A stretch of DNA of 39,075 nucleotides from Octopus bimaculoides. Taxonomy: Eukaryota. Under the pieces are notes generated by a model. The model was not told the DNA's origin. It saw only the letters and a program-made list of their open reading frames with translations, and did not search any database. The DNA lies in contig NC_068998.1 in the NCBI RefSeq assembly GCF_001194135.2, positions 18,275,132 to 18,314,206 of the forward strand. The letters run 5' to 3'. A program made the position numbers and the translations under genes. Positions 1-11,161 of this stretch are shown here, in pieces. Position 1 is the first letter of the stretch, and each line of letters starts with the position of its first letter.

Positions 1-960
1 CAGATATACTTACATTGTGATTTCTGCAATGTGGTGCATAAATTGTCAAGTAAATGAGACGCATCTTTGCCTCCACTGATTCACTTGCAAAGTGTTGAGT
101 AAAATTATTTCGTTGCAGACCTCCTTTGAGTCTTTTTATTATCACTGCGACACACACAGTCCCCAGTTGGTAACATTGATTTCAAAGCCTTCCCAGATGA
201 GAGACTGGCATTCCACTTAATGTCTATGTTCCATGCTGGCATGGATTGGAGAGTTATTAATGTAGAAATATGGTATCGTAGCTACTAACAGTTGAGGGTT
301 GCGTAGTCTAGACGGCGTTTTTAGATTTCATTATTCTCTGCTAGTAATTTTATATTTTTAAAAATTTTATGGTGTTAATATAAACAATGTTACCTATCAC
401 ATAGCAGATAATGTTGGGAATATAACTTTTGCAACTTTCAGGTAATGTCACATCTGTAATTAGTTGATAGTCAATCTTTAGCACACTGCATTTTTCCTAG
501 AATTGTTTCCCCTGCCAGTGCCATTACTACAAGGGAGATAACTCATACAGTGAAATGATGCACCTACAGTGTGCTAAAGGTTAAACAGTGGTATTATTGT
601 TACTGATAACATATATTTATTATAAATTACAGTTACAAATTTACTTTATTTAGCTTAATTACAATTTAAGAAATATTTTGTTTATCTTGAAAATTCGTAA
701 ATTGATATTCATTTCATTATTCTGCATGGACACTACAAAATTTGAAAAGAAAATTTTTTTAGGATTATTGAACCAGTTTATATAAAGTAAAACTGAATGA
801 AAATAAGTATCATCAGATAGACCCTGGATAAAGTAACTATTAAAATAGGAGAGAGACACAGAAGGAATAAAAGAAAAATATAAAATGAAAATATATGTCT
901 TCCATAGCAGAAATGTTAAAGCCACATCCCCTGGTGAAGAAGATTAGCTTGCAAGAGTTC

Positions 961-1162
961 TGTGCTGGTGCCAGTATCATGTAAAAAAAACTTAGTGCAC
1001 ACTGTAAAGTGGTTGGTGTTAGGAAGAACATCCAGCTACAGAGACGAAACCAAATCAGACTGGAACCTGATACAGCTCTCCAGCTAGCTAGTCCTGATCA
1101 AACTGCCCGACCCATGCCAGCATGGAAAATCAGATATTAAAGGGTGATGATGATGATGATGT
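961..1162 (+). mobile_element. Family C: RTE-type LINE 3' end or derived short element with (GAT)n tail, decayed
   Basis: GTGGTTGGTGTTAGGAAGAACATCCAGCT..ACCCATGCCAGCATGGAAAA..(GAT)n. Confidence 0.7.
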
Positions 1163-1221
1163 TGGCAAGACATGAGTAAGAAATGATTCTGTAACTGTTA
1201 ATGTTATCAAATAGTTGCAAA

Positions 1222-1429
1222 CAGGTATGGCTGCATGTTTAAGAACCTTGTTTTGCAACCAACTGGTCTTGGGTTCAGTCCCACTGCATAGAATCTTGGA
1301 CAAGTGTCTTCTACTATACCTCCAGATCAACTAATAATGCATTGTGACTGAATCTGGTAAAAACAATGTGTAAGCCTGTTGTATATATGTATACGTTCGT
1401 GTTTGTCTCCCACTCTCTATCTTTCTCTA

Positions 1430-1464
<35 letters not shown>

Positions 1465-1645
1465 GACAACCTGTGTTGGTTTGTTTACAGGCTCAGAAGT
1501 TTGGCAAAAATAACTGATAAAATAAATATCAGACTTAATAAAAAAGTATTGGGGTCAATTTGTTCAACTAAACCCCACATGGTGGCGCCCCAGCATGTCC
1601 ATAATTCAAAGACTGAAACAAGTAAAAGATAAAAGATAAAAGATT
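1222..1645 (+). mobile_element. SINE family A (tRNA head, CORE-like segment, internal microsatellite; OR1/OR2-like)
   Basis: GGGTTCAGTCCCACTG..CTTGGACAAGTGTCTTCTACTATA; (CA)n middle; tail CAGCATG..GACTGAAACAAGTAAAAG. Confidence 0.8.
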
Positions 1646-1999
1646 ATTGTAAAGCACCGAAAATCTGTAAAACAAATTAAATAAAACAGAACACAAAGAT
1701 TAACATTTAAAAAATGTTTTTAATGGTTTCATTAGAGGAAGAAGGGCAGGAACCATGACCTTTTTTCAGGGCCTCTGAGACTGGTGAGAGAAAGAAAGAA
1801 AGTTATCCTCTCCCCATAGACCTGACTTGAATGCTTTCAATAGAAAGGAATTCATTGAAAGCACCCAGAAAAGAGCCAGGTAGTCGTAAAACCGGGTGAT
1901 GGAAGAAAGCATATTATGAAATATACAAATAAATGATAAATGAAACATTTACTACATTATTTAAATTTTAACAGATTTTGTCCTCATCTTGCTTGTTGC

Positions 2000-2043
2000 T
2001 AACACGTTTTGGCTGATGTACTCTCCAGCCTTCATCAGGTGTC
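2000..2043 (-). ncRNA. Degenerate minimal type I hammerhead motif, P1 left arm
   Basis: GACAC-CTGATGA-A-GGCTG..CAGCC-AAAAC-GTGTT; G12 changed to A and a 2-nt deletion at the cleavage site. Confidence 0.55.
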
Positions 2044-2333
2044 TTGGGGAAATTTCGAACCTGGGTTCTCATTCCTAAGGTATTTTTTCGATGTTATTAT
2101 TATTATTATTATTCAGGTCACTGCCTGGAATCAAACTTGGAATCTTGGGGTTAGTAGCCCGCGCTCTTAACCACTACACCCATGGGCATATAGTGTAGTG
2201 GTTAAGAGCACGGGCTACTAACCCCAAGATTCCGAGTTCGATTCCAAGCAGTGACCTGGATAATAATAATAATAATAACAATAACATCGAAAAATACTTT
2301 AGGAATGAGAATCCAAGTTTGAAATTTCCCCAA

Positions 2334-2376
2334 GACACCCGATGAAGGCTGGAGAGTATATCAGCCGAAATGTGTT
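2334..2376 (+). ncRNA. Degenerate minimal type I hammerhead motif, P1 right arm
   Basis: GACAC-CCGATGA-A-GGCTG..CAGCC-GAAAT-GTGTT; U4 changed to C, plus the same 2-nt deletion as the left arm. Confidence 0.55.
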
Positions 2377-2582
2377 AACAACAAAAAAGATGAGGACAAA
2401 ATCTGTCAAAAATGTCAAAAATGTAAATAATGTACATAATTCCTTATCTCTTAAATATAAAACTGTATGAAACATTTACTGTATAAATAATTTCTTTTTT
2501 TTTTCTTTGTGTCTTTTTGTCATTCTTTATATTCATTTTTAGCTGCAATTTAATGACTTTTGATACAAACATGTGTTAGTCG

Positions 2583-2588
2583 TTTATT
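2583..2588 (-). promoter_or_regulatory. Candidate polyadenylation signal AATAAA of CEP78
   Basis: TTTATT on plus about 190 nt past the stop; another at 2720-2725. Chance hits are common in AT-rich DNA. Confidence 0.3.
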
Positions 2589-2773
2589 AATTTTGATGAA
2601 GATTTTAGTGAATGAAAAACTAAACATACTGTCCCGAAGAGTTTTGTTTTTACATATAAAAGATAGATATTTAGTTTTGGTGGATGTTTAAATTAGATAC
2701 ATCTTAAACGCTTTTATATTTTATTTTTATAATTTTTAAGGAATAAATTTTCTTTTTGTCTAGAGATTAAAGT

Positions 2774-3836
2774 CTAGAAGGTTTCATCGCTAATTGACCT
2801 CAAAAGTGATGTGTCATTAGAATCGTTATCCTCAGCTTGTGAAATAGCTTCATTGTTTTTGTCTGATCGATTTGTTGCAGGATTGCAATGGTTATTGCTT
2901 GAAAGGGCTTCAAATGAAGAATAATCATTGTAAGTGTCTCCTTCAGATGAGTCTGATTCTTCCTCAATCAGTGATTCCAAGAGCTTCAATTTAGATGATC
3001 CTGTACTCTGTGGTGATGTCAGACTCATGGAATTGCCTTTAGGTTTCTCCTTAACAAAATTGTTATCAGATTGGTTGTGATTTTTACAAATAGCAGATTC
3101 TGAAACAGAATAGCGAATGGATTGATCATCTTCTTTACCTTGGGGGTAAGTTTCTTTTTCCTTTTCTTTAACCTTTTCTTTTCTGATACAAGATATTCTT
3201 TTTGTGCTTCCATTTTGCCTCATTTGGTAAATTTCTCCATCAGCTTCATCACATTCAGTCATTGTGCTTTTAACATGTGTTTGATCTGTTGGAGAAGTAG
3301 CACCATAACTTTTAGCACCATTAACTGTAGCTCCATTAATTCTAGCACCATTAACAGCACTGCTATTAACAGTGCCACCATGAACATCCTTTTTAGTATT
3401 ACTGCTATTTTTAGCATTACTGTCCTTTTTCAGAAGACTCACTTTTTGAACAATGTTTTCTATTATGCTTGATCTTGGTAAAGTTGTTTTTGAGAAAAAA
3501 TCATATTCTGGTAACTTAGAATTTTTGCTATGTTTGTTAGCTTCAAAAGCAGGAACATTTGAATCTGCATATAAATCTGGAGTGTGGGAAATAACAGAAC
3601 CATTTTGAAAAGCTTGAGACATGTTCTTAAGCATAGCTTCTTTGATTTTATTTTCTTTATCATCTGCTTGAAGTTTTTTTTTTAAATTACTCTGTGATTG
3701 GTGAGGATCCTGAATTGGATATATTGATTTTGCATCCAGAGATTCATTTGGCGGAAGTTCAAATGTGGAATTGAGATCTGACTTTTGATTATGTTGCACC
3801 TTAACATCTTTCTTGAAATTCTTTCTTAAATTATGA
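2774..3836 (-). CDS. CEP78: Probable terminal CEP78 exon; long low-complexity S/N/K/E-rich tail ending in TAG
   Basis: Strong acceptor ttttatttttatttttcag| at 3837. The phase-2 join to the previous exon gives TGT and stays in frame with ORF 2774-3799 (353 aa). Assigned by frame and position, not by recognisable homology. Confidence 0.75.
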
Positions 3837-4197
3837 CTGAAAAATAAAAATAAAATGAAATAAAATAAAATTGGATATTGTGAATGAATTTGGAATGTTT
3901 ATGCTTGTTAGTTGTTAGTTCAGTTTTCAAGAGAAAAAAAATTATAAAATTGAGGTTAATATGGCTTGCATATTTGATATTGTAACCCTATCTGAAATTG
4001 TTATATCCGGCTTAAAACTATAACTGAGACAGGTCAACATTGTTGAGATTGTTACTATAGTTTAAGTGATAACTCTACTTATGGTAGTAAGCTTTTCAGG
4101 TACAGAAATAATTATGGAGTTTGTTATTTTAAACTTAGGTGATTATTTTGAAATTTTATATAATATATGACTTTGAAATCAGTTTTTGGATATTTAA

Positions 4198-4418
4198 CCT
4201 TTTAGCATTTACATTAGCCATATTCAAGACCAAATATCTTTCCTGTTTTATGTTCAAACCAGCTAGATCTGACCTCTCACACCTAGCCTGCTATGTCATT
4301 CTAAAAATAAATTATCACATCATTGAAATTTCAAAGTTATGAGATAATGCATGATTAGTTCAAAACAAGGTGAATAAGTAAGCATTACGTTTAACATAGT
4401 AGTCTAAATGCCTAAGGG
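4198..4418. mobile_element. piggyBac-type MITE, 221 bp
   Basis: TTAA at 4194-4197 and 4419-4422; TIRs CCTTTTAGCATTTA and TAAATGCCTAAGGG. Confidence 0.8.
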
Positions 4419-4850
4419 TTAAATTAATTTTTGATTTAGTTGAATTTTATTAATTTCATATCATGTGCCATTTTTTCATGATCCTCTTTCATTTGACCTA
4501 GATATTTAGAATTCTTGTTACATTTCTGATCTTTTTAATGTCTAAGGATGGATACTGATGAGGAGGAGTCTGTTTTCAAACATAATTCTGGAGAGCTGAA
4601 AAGGAAAATTCACCTTATCTTGGCTAACTCATTCTGCTCCAGCTAAATTTGTCTTTTATATGTTCAAACAGAATGGTGATCATTTTCTGAAATAGTCTTC
4701 TGAATATGTTATAGTGTTTTTAATGCATTTAGGGAAGGTGATTTGCTTAGCTGATATAGTTTTTGTAAGGTAGTGAACATTTGTAAAAAATATATTTTCT
4801 TCCAAGTCAAAAATCCAATAAAAAAATCCTCAGTGTGCACCCACCCACCC

Positions 4851-5182
4851 CGTAGTTCAACATAAGTTCTAAAAGTTTCATAGTAGAAACCAGAGTCTAA
4901 AAGACGAAGCAAGTCACAGACAACTTTCTGAGATTGACAATGAATAAATGCAGACCATTATTGAAGCAGACCTATGCAAAAGACCTCAAGAGGTTGCAGA
5001 AGTAAATAGTAGCTTAACATTTTACACTGTACTGGCAAGCAACAGAAAAAAAGGGGTTTGTATGAGCTGAATAAAAAAATAATAAAAAAACCATAACAAA
5101 GTCTGCTCTGCACCTCATTTGCACAACAAAACAATCTGTTTCTTGATAGCATTATGACATGCAAAAAAACTGGATTCTATGT
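4851..5182 (+). mobile_element. Mariner transposase relic, N-terminal half (Hsmar1/cecropia-like)
   Basis: Broken translation VQHKF*KFHSRNQSLKDEASHRQLSEIDNE..TIIEAD...LHNK..FLDSIMTC..WILY follows recalled Hsmar1 VQWWFKKF..ESLEDEERSGRPSEVDND..IIEAD...FLDRIVTCDEKWILY. Confidence 0.75.
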
Positions 5183-5811
5183 AATTTTGTATAGAATCAA
5201 TGGCATTTGAATAGTATGCAAACAGTTGTTCAAAAGACATTCCACTGCAAACAGTTGCTCCAAAACAAAAGAAAAAACAAAAAAAAAACCCCCAAAAAAC
5301 AAGAAAAAACAAGAAAAAAAAACCCAACTCAACTGATTGAAATAACCATAGCTCTCAAATCGATATTTTATCAAATTATAGCAAATATTAAAATACTAAA
5401 AGAAGGTTATATTGTTATAGTTTATTAAAATATTTTTTATTAGCATACAAAAACCAATGCATTTTGTATGTGTGTATGTAATATTTATAGGTTTTAGACT
5501 GTAAACATAAATATGACACATGCACACATAGATATATCTATATGTGAAGTTGCTGACAATGAAAAGATTATATATAGTATAACATTTTCATAGAAAAATG
5601 TATTGTCATAATATTGGGCCCTAAAATCAGTGGGAAGCAATAAAAACAATTATCGTTTACAATATATATATATCAACAATGACTTTATTTGAAATTATAT
5701 CTAATTAGCCTCCATTAACCTGCCTCACACTGGCCCTGAGTCTATGATCTTAGCTTCCTGCTTTAAACTGATCTAAATTAAAACCTTCTATCAAAATTTC
5801 ATGCTAGTTAA

Positions 5812-6118
5812 TCATCGTCGTTTAACGTCCGCTTTCCATGCTAGCATGGGTTGGACGATTTGAGTGAGGACTGGTGAAACCAGATGGCTACACCAGGCTC
5901 CAATCTGATTTGGCAGAGTTTCTACAGCTGGATGCCCTTCCTAATGCCAACCACTCTGTGCCACCAGCACGAAGGCCAGTCAGGCGGTACTGGCGAAGGT
6001 CACGCTCGAAATGGTGTATTTTACGTGTCACCTGCGCAGGAGCCAGTCCATCGGCACTGGCAACGATCTCGCTTGAATGTCTTTTCACGTGCCAGGAAGG
6101 CAACGTTGGTAATGATCA
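5812..6118 (-). mobile_element. Family C, young copy
   Basis: Near-identical, in reverse, to 6950-7100 and 33870-34030. Confidence 0.85.
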
Positions 6119-6562
6119 CTTAATGACTTATAAAAACATTTAATATACTTTATAGTATATTACGGTTGCATAATGAAATACCACATACCTACAAGTCATT
6201 AATATTTATGTACCAACTTCCAGGAATGCATGGGTGTTTAAGCAATGTGTTCAAGGATGATTAATGAGTTAGATGGGTGCAGATGAAGGGGCAAAACCCC
6301 CTAAAATATGGCATATATACCCATTGCCTATTTTTCATCTTTGATCTCACTGTTTGTTTACATCTGACATTTCGTATATGAAACGTAACAACAAAAATCA
6401 GTGCTGGCAACGATTTCTATAGAATATCTGTAGCGGTAACCTTAACAAAGTCATGTTAATTATGTTTAGAAAAGTCAGCTTAAAAATAAGTTATTTTATT
6501 AAATTCTCTATTATTTTCTAAATGAAGTGAAATAAAGGCCTTGTAATTCAACAGAAATATCG

Positions 6563-6660
6563 TAGTACTGGTACTTTATTTTATTGACTCAAAAAATATG
6601 AAAGGCGAAGTCATCCCCAGTGAAATTTGAACTCAGAACATAGAGACTGACAAAAAAACT
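6563..6660 (-). mobile_element. SINE family B fragment
   Basis: ATGAAAGGCGAAGTC..AATTTGAACTCAGAAC. Confidence 0.6.
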
Positions 6661-6668
6661 GAACAATT

Positions 6669-7276
6669 TATTCTTTTACTCTTTCACTTGTTTGACTGTG
6701 GCCATGCTGGAGCACTGCCTTTAGTCAAACAAATCGACCCCAGAACTTATTCTTTGTAAACCTAGTACTTATCCTATCGCTCTCTGTTGCTGAACTGCTA
6801 AGTTATGGGGTATGTAAACACATCAACATTGGTTGTCAAGAAATGGTGGGGGAACAAACACAGACACACAAATATATATATATATATAGATATATATATA
6901 TATATATAATATATATATATATATAATATAACGTAAAAGCACCCACTACACTCTCTGAGTGGTTGGCGTTAGGAAGGGCATCCAGCTGTAGAAACTCTGC
7001 CAAATCAGACTGGAGCCTGGTGTTGCCATCCGGTTTCACCAGTCCTCAGTCAAATCGTCCAACCCATGCTAGCATGGAAAGCGGACGTTAAACGATGATG
7101 ATGATGATGATATATATACAATGAACTTCTTTTGGTTCCCATATGCCAAATCCACTCACAAGGTTTCAGTCGGCCCAAGGGTTTAGTAGAAGACACCTGT
7201 CCAAGGTGTCACACAATGGGACTGAACCCAGAACCATGTGGTTGGAAGCAAGCTTCTTACCACACAGCTACTCCTT
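6669..7276 (-). mobile_element. SINE family A, interrupted by an RTE 3' fragment in its (TA)n
   Basis: Tail 6669-6870, head 7115-7276, insertion 6933-7110. Confidence 0.8.
6933..7110 (+). mobile_element. Family C, young copy nested in a SINE A microsatellite
   Basis: CGTAAAAGCACCCACTACACTCTCTGAGTGGTTGGCGTTAGGAAGGGCATCCAGCTGTAG..GGACGTTAAAC(GAT)n. Confidence 0.88.
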
Positions 7277-7682
7277 ATTCTTTTACTTGTTCCAGTCATT
7301 TGACTGCAGCCATGCTGGAGCATTACCTTGAAGAGTTTTAGTCGAACAAATCGACCCCAGGACTTACTTTTTAAACCTAGTACTTATTTTATCAGCGTCT
7401 TTTGCTGAACTGCTGAGTTACGGGGATGTAAATACACTAACACCAGTTGTCAAGCAGTGATGGGAAGCGGGGGAACAAGGACATGCACACATAGATACAC
7501 ACACACACACATATATATACAACGGTCTTCTTTCAGTTTCTGGTTACCAAATCCACTCAGAAGAATTTGGTCGGCCTGAAGCTATAGTGGAAGACACTTG
7601 CCCAAGGTGCTACACAGTGGGACTGAACCCAGACCCACATGGTTAGGAAGGAAGCTTCTTACACACAGCTGTGTTTGCACCT
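7277..7682 (-). mobile_element. SINE family A, tandem with the previous copy
   Basis: Full head-to-tail match to the 19415 copy in reverse. Confidence 0.85.
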
Positions 7683-8144
7683 TAATCAATTTTTCAATCA
7701 TTATTGAGGTCTTATCAGTGTCTATACCATTCGACCAATCTCAATTCAACAGAGATAATGGTAACAAAAAGGGTTAAAGTGAATATGTAAAGAACTCCTT
7801 ACAACAATAAATATATAACAGTTCTGCTTATAACAATTGCTTTTTTTTAATCTTTCATAGTTCACAACAGTAGTTTCATTTTCTCCATTTCTAAATTTCT
7901 TGATTGCTTTTATTAACTCCCATCATCTCCACCTAATTTTGGGATAGAACACTAATAACAAAATTATTTTAATAGAACATAACAATACAATATTTTTCCT
8001 TTAATCTGTTTTATGTATTTTGAATATTTACTTTAATTTGATTGGATGTTGATTTTGAGCAAATGTTTCATCGACCAGTTTTTTTTTCCATCTTAGCTAC
8101 TGCTTTCAATCAATTGTATTTTGAATCAACAGTTTTCAATAAAT

Positions 8145-8733
8145 TGACACCAAACTGTTCTGTGCAATGGATGGGCTGAGTGAAGCACGAAAAACACTTT
8201 CTCAAACTGAAGCTGCATTGAAAGGTTATAGTCACTGTTTGATGATCAGCAAGTGGAATTAACAATTACCGAATCTTAGTAAAACCATCACACCAGAGAA
8301 ATGGAGGAAATTGACAAAATTCACCATGAACTACAACTTACATCTAACACTAATAAACTGAAAAGGACAAATTCTTCTGAAAGACAACATCTAACTTCAA
8401 GTTTTGCAAATGGCTTTGTTGAAATTTTAACAAACTAGCCACTGAAATTGTATCATAGCCAACTTACTCCCCATACCTCTCTCAAGCCCATTACCATTTT
8501 CTCAAGCAACTTGATAACAAAAGTCCAAAATGCCTGCAATGAATTAATTAGTTCCAAGGTTCCAGAATGCCACGCTACAGAAATAAATAGACTGGTTTCT
8601 TGCTGGTGAAATGTATAGATTCTAATGGTTATTATCAATAACCATTTTGATTAATAAACTTTATTAAGAGTCGAGATATATTGCTTTAAAGTTAAAGATG
8701 AAAAACTGCAATTATTTTTGCACCAACTTGATA
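8145..8733 (+). mobile_element. Mariner relic, C-terminal half with right TIR and TA
   Basis: Relic SVQW..KHF..KVIVTV..SA, KTITPEK..EIDKIHHELQ, PTYSPYL..YHFLKQLDN, TEINRLVSCW..CIDSNG. Ends AAAACTGCAATTATTTTTGCACCAACTTGA+TA (8702-8733), close to the Hsmar1 TIR. Confidence 0.85.
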
Positions 8734-9669
8734 TCTGAAGGGTAGCGGGGAAGGAGCAACAGACATCAAGCAGAGAGAGAGACACTCAATACAGACAAGG
8801 TGATTAATTAAGAAAACACTAATTTCCAAAGATTATATGTTGGATAGCATGTAAAAGAAGCACAACACCAAAAGATTAAACAGATTGCCGCATGTGTATG
8901 CTGCACAAATTGTTGTTAATGATTATACTTCAAATAACAACACACTAAAAATCTGAGGGTGCTGTTTTGTCTAGAAACACCATTTAATAGTTAAATATTG
9001 ATTCCTAAAATTTCAAAAGAATAAACTGTTGTTATTATTATTATGATTATAATGATGATGATGGTGGTGGTAGTGGTAGTAATCATTGTTGTTTGTTCAA
9101 AATACATTTACTTACTATTCATACTTATCACGTACGGTGGTGTAGCTACACATACAAACCACATCCAAAGGGTCATTAATAAACTCTATCACTGATAACA
9201 CATCACTTTAACCACTAGCTCACAGTTGTATCATTTCTAATTCTTTTACTGCTACAACAGCCTCTGCTCTTCTGAATTAGCTAACTGCATACCTCTTTCA
9301 CCCAGATCCATCTGACATGCCTGTCTTTCTCTTCTCTCTCTCTCCCATCTTGCTCTATCTCCATCCCAACACTTTGCTGTTCCTCACTGTAGACACTGAC
9401 CTATAAATGTTATAACTCCTTTGTTATTATGTTTATACTGAAGTACATGGCCAATTAATTACGAAAAATAATGAAGAATTTAGTGAAACAGGCAGGTAGG
9501 CATTAAAAGAGTTTAACTAAACATCAACTGTTTTAATTTCCCCAATCTCAAATGACCTGAAAAATGCCATAAGCACTGTTATTCCACCACCAGATAGTTT
9601 ATAAATTAAACTGTACGGTATTCTTGACCAAAAAAAAAATCATCCTATTTTTTCCTTCTTCTTACCAGG

Positions 9670-9830
9670 GTTTCATCAATCCTGAAGGAGGAACCCTTCT
9701 CTGGACTCCTTCCACCACTATCTATCTCTGGCCAGTCATGGCCATGCAGGTCCCAGGTAGCCGGTGAGAGCATCTTGCCATCTTGTCTTTGGTCAGCCTC
9801 CTGATCTAGTCAGATTGAACTAGTGCTTAT
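9670..9830 (-). mobile_element. RTE-like LINE C-terminal ORF relic
   Basis: G*PKTRWQDALTGYLGPAWP*LARDR*WWKESREGFLLQD resembles the GRPxxRWxD..W..LAxDR..W end of RTE ORFs. Confidence 0.6.
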
Positions 9831-10192
9831 TTGCCTTGACCAAATAAGTACTAGTTCAATCTTACAACAAAACCAGCTGGTACTAAGATGTACACAGACA
9901 TCTCAAAAGTAAATAGACACCCCTAATTATACCATTTTATCCATGTAGATATTGCCTGGTGCTTCAAACTTGTTAATGTTTTGTGCACAAGGTATGTTAA
10001 ATAATTACTAAATTAATTATTCACATGCAGCAAATGACATTATTTAGCTTCTACAAATAACCATTTCAAAAATGATGACGTCTATTTATTTTTGAGATGC
10101 CTGGGTACATTCTAGAATTAGATATGTGATTCAAGTAGACTTGAAAATGTCTCAATTATACAAATTTACAAATTCAGCAAAATAAATGTTAC

Positions 10193-10432
10193 CACTGATC
10201 ACAATCTAAGCTCATTTCCAACTCTTCCTCTGCATTTTTATTATTACCAATGTGACTGGTGGCTGCTGTCGCTTCTCTTTCTAGCATTGTTGAGCTCTCA
10301 GGTTCAGGTGGAATATTTTCCAAGTTTGGATTCACCTCAAAAGAGGATGTCAGATTTCCTCTTGAGGATATAACTTTAAACAAGGAGAAGAAATTGCTGT
10401 CAATTCCAGCCATATTAATCAGTTGCCCAAAC
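10193..10432 (-). CDS. CEP78: CEP78 exon
   Basis: aattacag|G...TG|gtaaca, 240 nt, phase 2 to 2. Encodes FGQLINMAGIDSNFF...SLDCDQ (human LGQLATMAGIDQSDF). Confidence 0.88.
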
Positions 10433-10583
10433 CTGTAATTAGAGATAGGATTAAAAAACACACACAAATGAATTATATAACAATATGGAAGGACATATAA
10501 GACAACAAGGAAGACACATGGTAGACATTGAAGAACACACAAAGACTGTTAACTTCACTTAGACATTAGTTATATAGGATTTG

Positions 10584-11161
10584 ATCTTTTATCTTTTACT
10601 TGTTTCAGTCATTTGACCGTGGGCATGCTAGGGCACTGCCTTGAAGGGTGTTAGTCAAACAAATCAACCCCAGGACTTATTTTTTAAACCCTACTACTTA
10701 TTCTATTGGTCTCTTTTTCTTAACTTCTAAGTTAAGGGCATAACACACTAACACCGGTTGTTAAGTAGTGGCTGGTGACAAACACAGACACACACACACA
10801 CAGAACGGTTTTCTTTCAGTTTCTTATTTCTTTACTGCCCACAAGGGGCTAAACATAGAGGGGACAAACAAGGACAGACAAAGGGATTAAGTCGGTTACA
10901 TCGACCCCAGTGCGTAACTGGTACTTATTTAATCAACCCCGAAAGGATGAAAGGCAAAGTCGACCTCGGCGGAATTCGAACTCAGAACGTAGCAGCAGAT
11001 GAAATACCACTAAGCATTTCGCCCGGCGTGCTAACGTTTCTGCTAGCTCGCCGCCTTTTTCTTTCAGTTTCTGTCTACCAAATTCACTCACAAAGCTTTG
11101 GTCAGCCTAAGGCTATAGTATAAGACACTTGTGTAAGGTGCCATGCAATAGGACTGAACCC
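10584..11161 (-). mobile_element. SINE family A, interrupted by a family B SINE; runs into an N gap
   Basis: Tail 10584-10824, head part 11057-11161. Confidence 0.8.
10825..11056 (-). mobile_element. SINE family B (tRNA head plus GACTTTGCCTTTCATCCTTTCGGGGTCGATAAA central domain), intact copy
   Basis: 16-bp TSD TTTTCTTTCAGTTTCT at 10809-10824 and 11057-11072; A-box-like TGGCAGAAACG and B-box-like GAGTTCGAATTCC in sense. Confidence 0.9.

Larger units (their letters stand above)
1954..2466. mobile_element. Palindromic tRNA-headed, hammerhead-bearing element, copy P1 (Penelope-like non-autonomous candidate)
   Basis: Inverted arms around spacer CATGGGCATAT (2181-2191). Perfect 14-bp TSD ATGAAACATTTACT at 1940-1953 and 2467-2480. 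Right arm has A box 2191-2201 and B box GAGTTCGATTCC 2234-2245. Confidence 0.85.

Noticed and set aside
2192-2256. tRNA-like sequence with loop CTACTAA (anticodon ACT)
   Set aside because: No acceptor stem; it is the head of the palindromic element, not a tRNA gene.
5874-7341. ORFs such as MKPDGYTRLQSDLAEFLQLDALPNANH and MATPGSNLIWQSFYSW (also 33750-33950, 37488-37733)
   Set aside because: They are antisense readings of family C and SINE A repeats; the same peptides recur wherever the repeat occurs.
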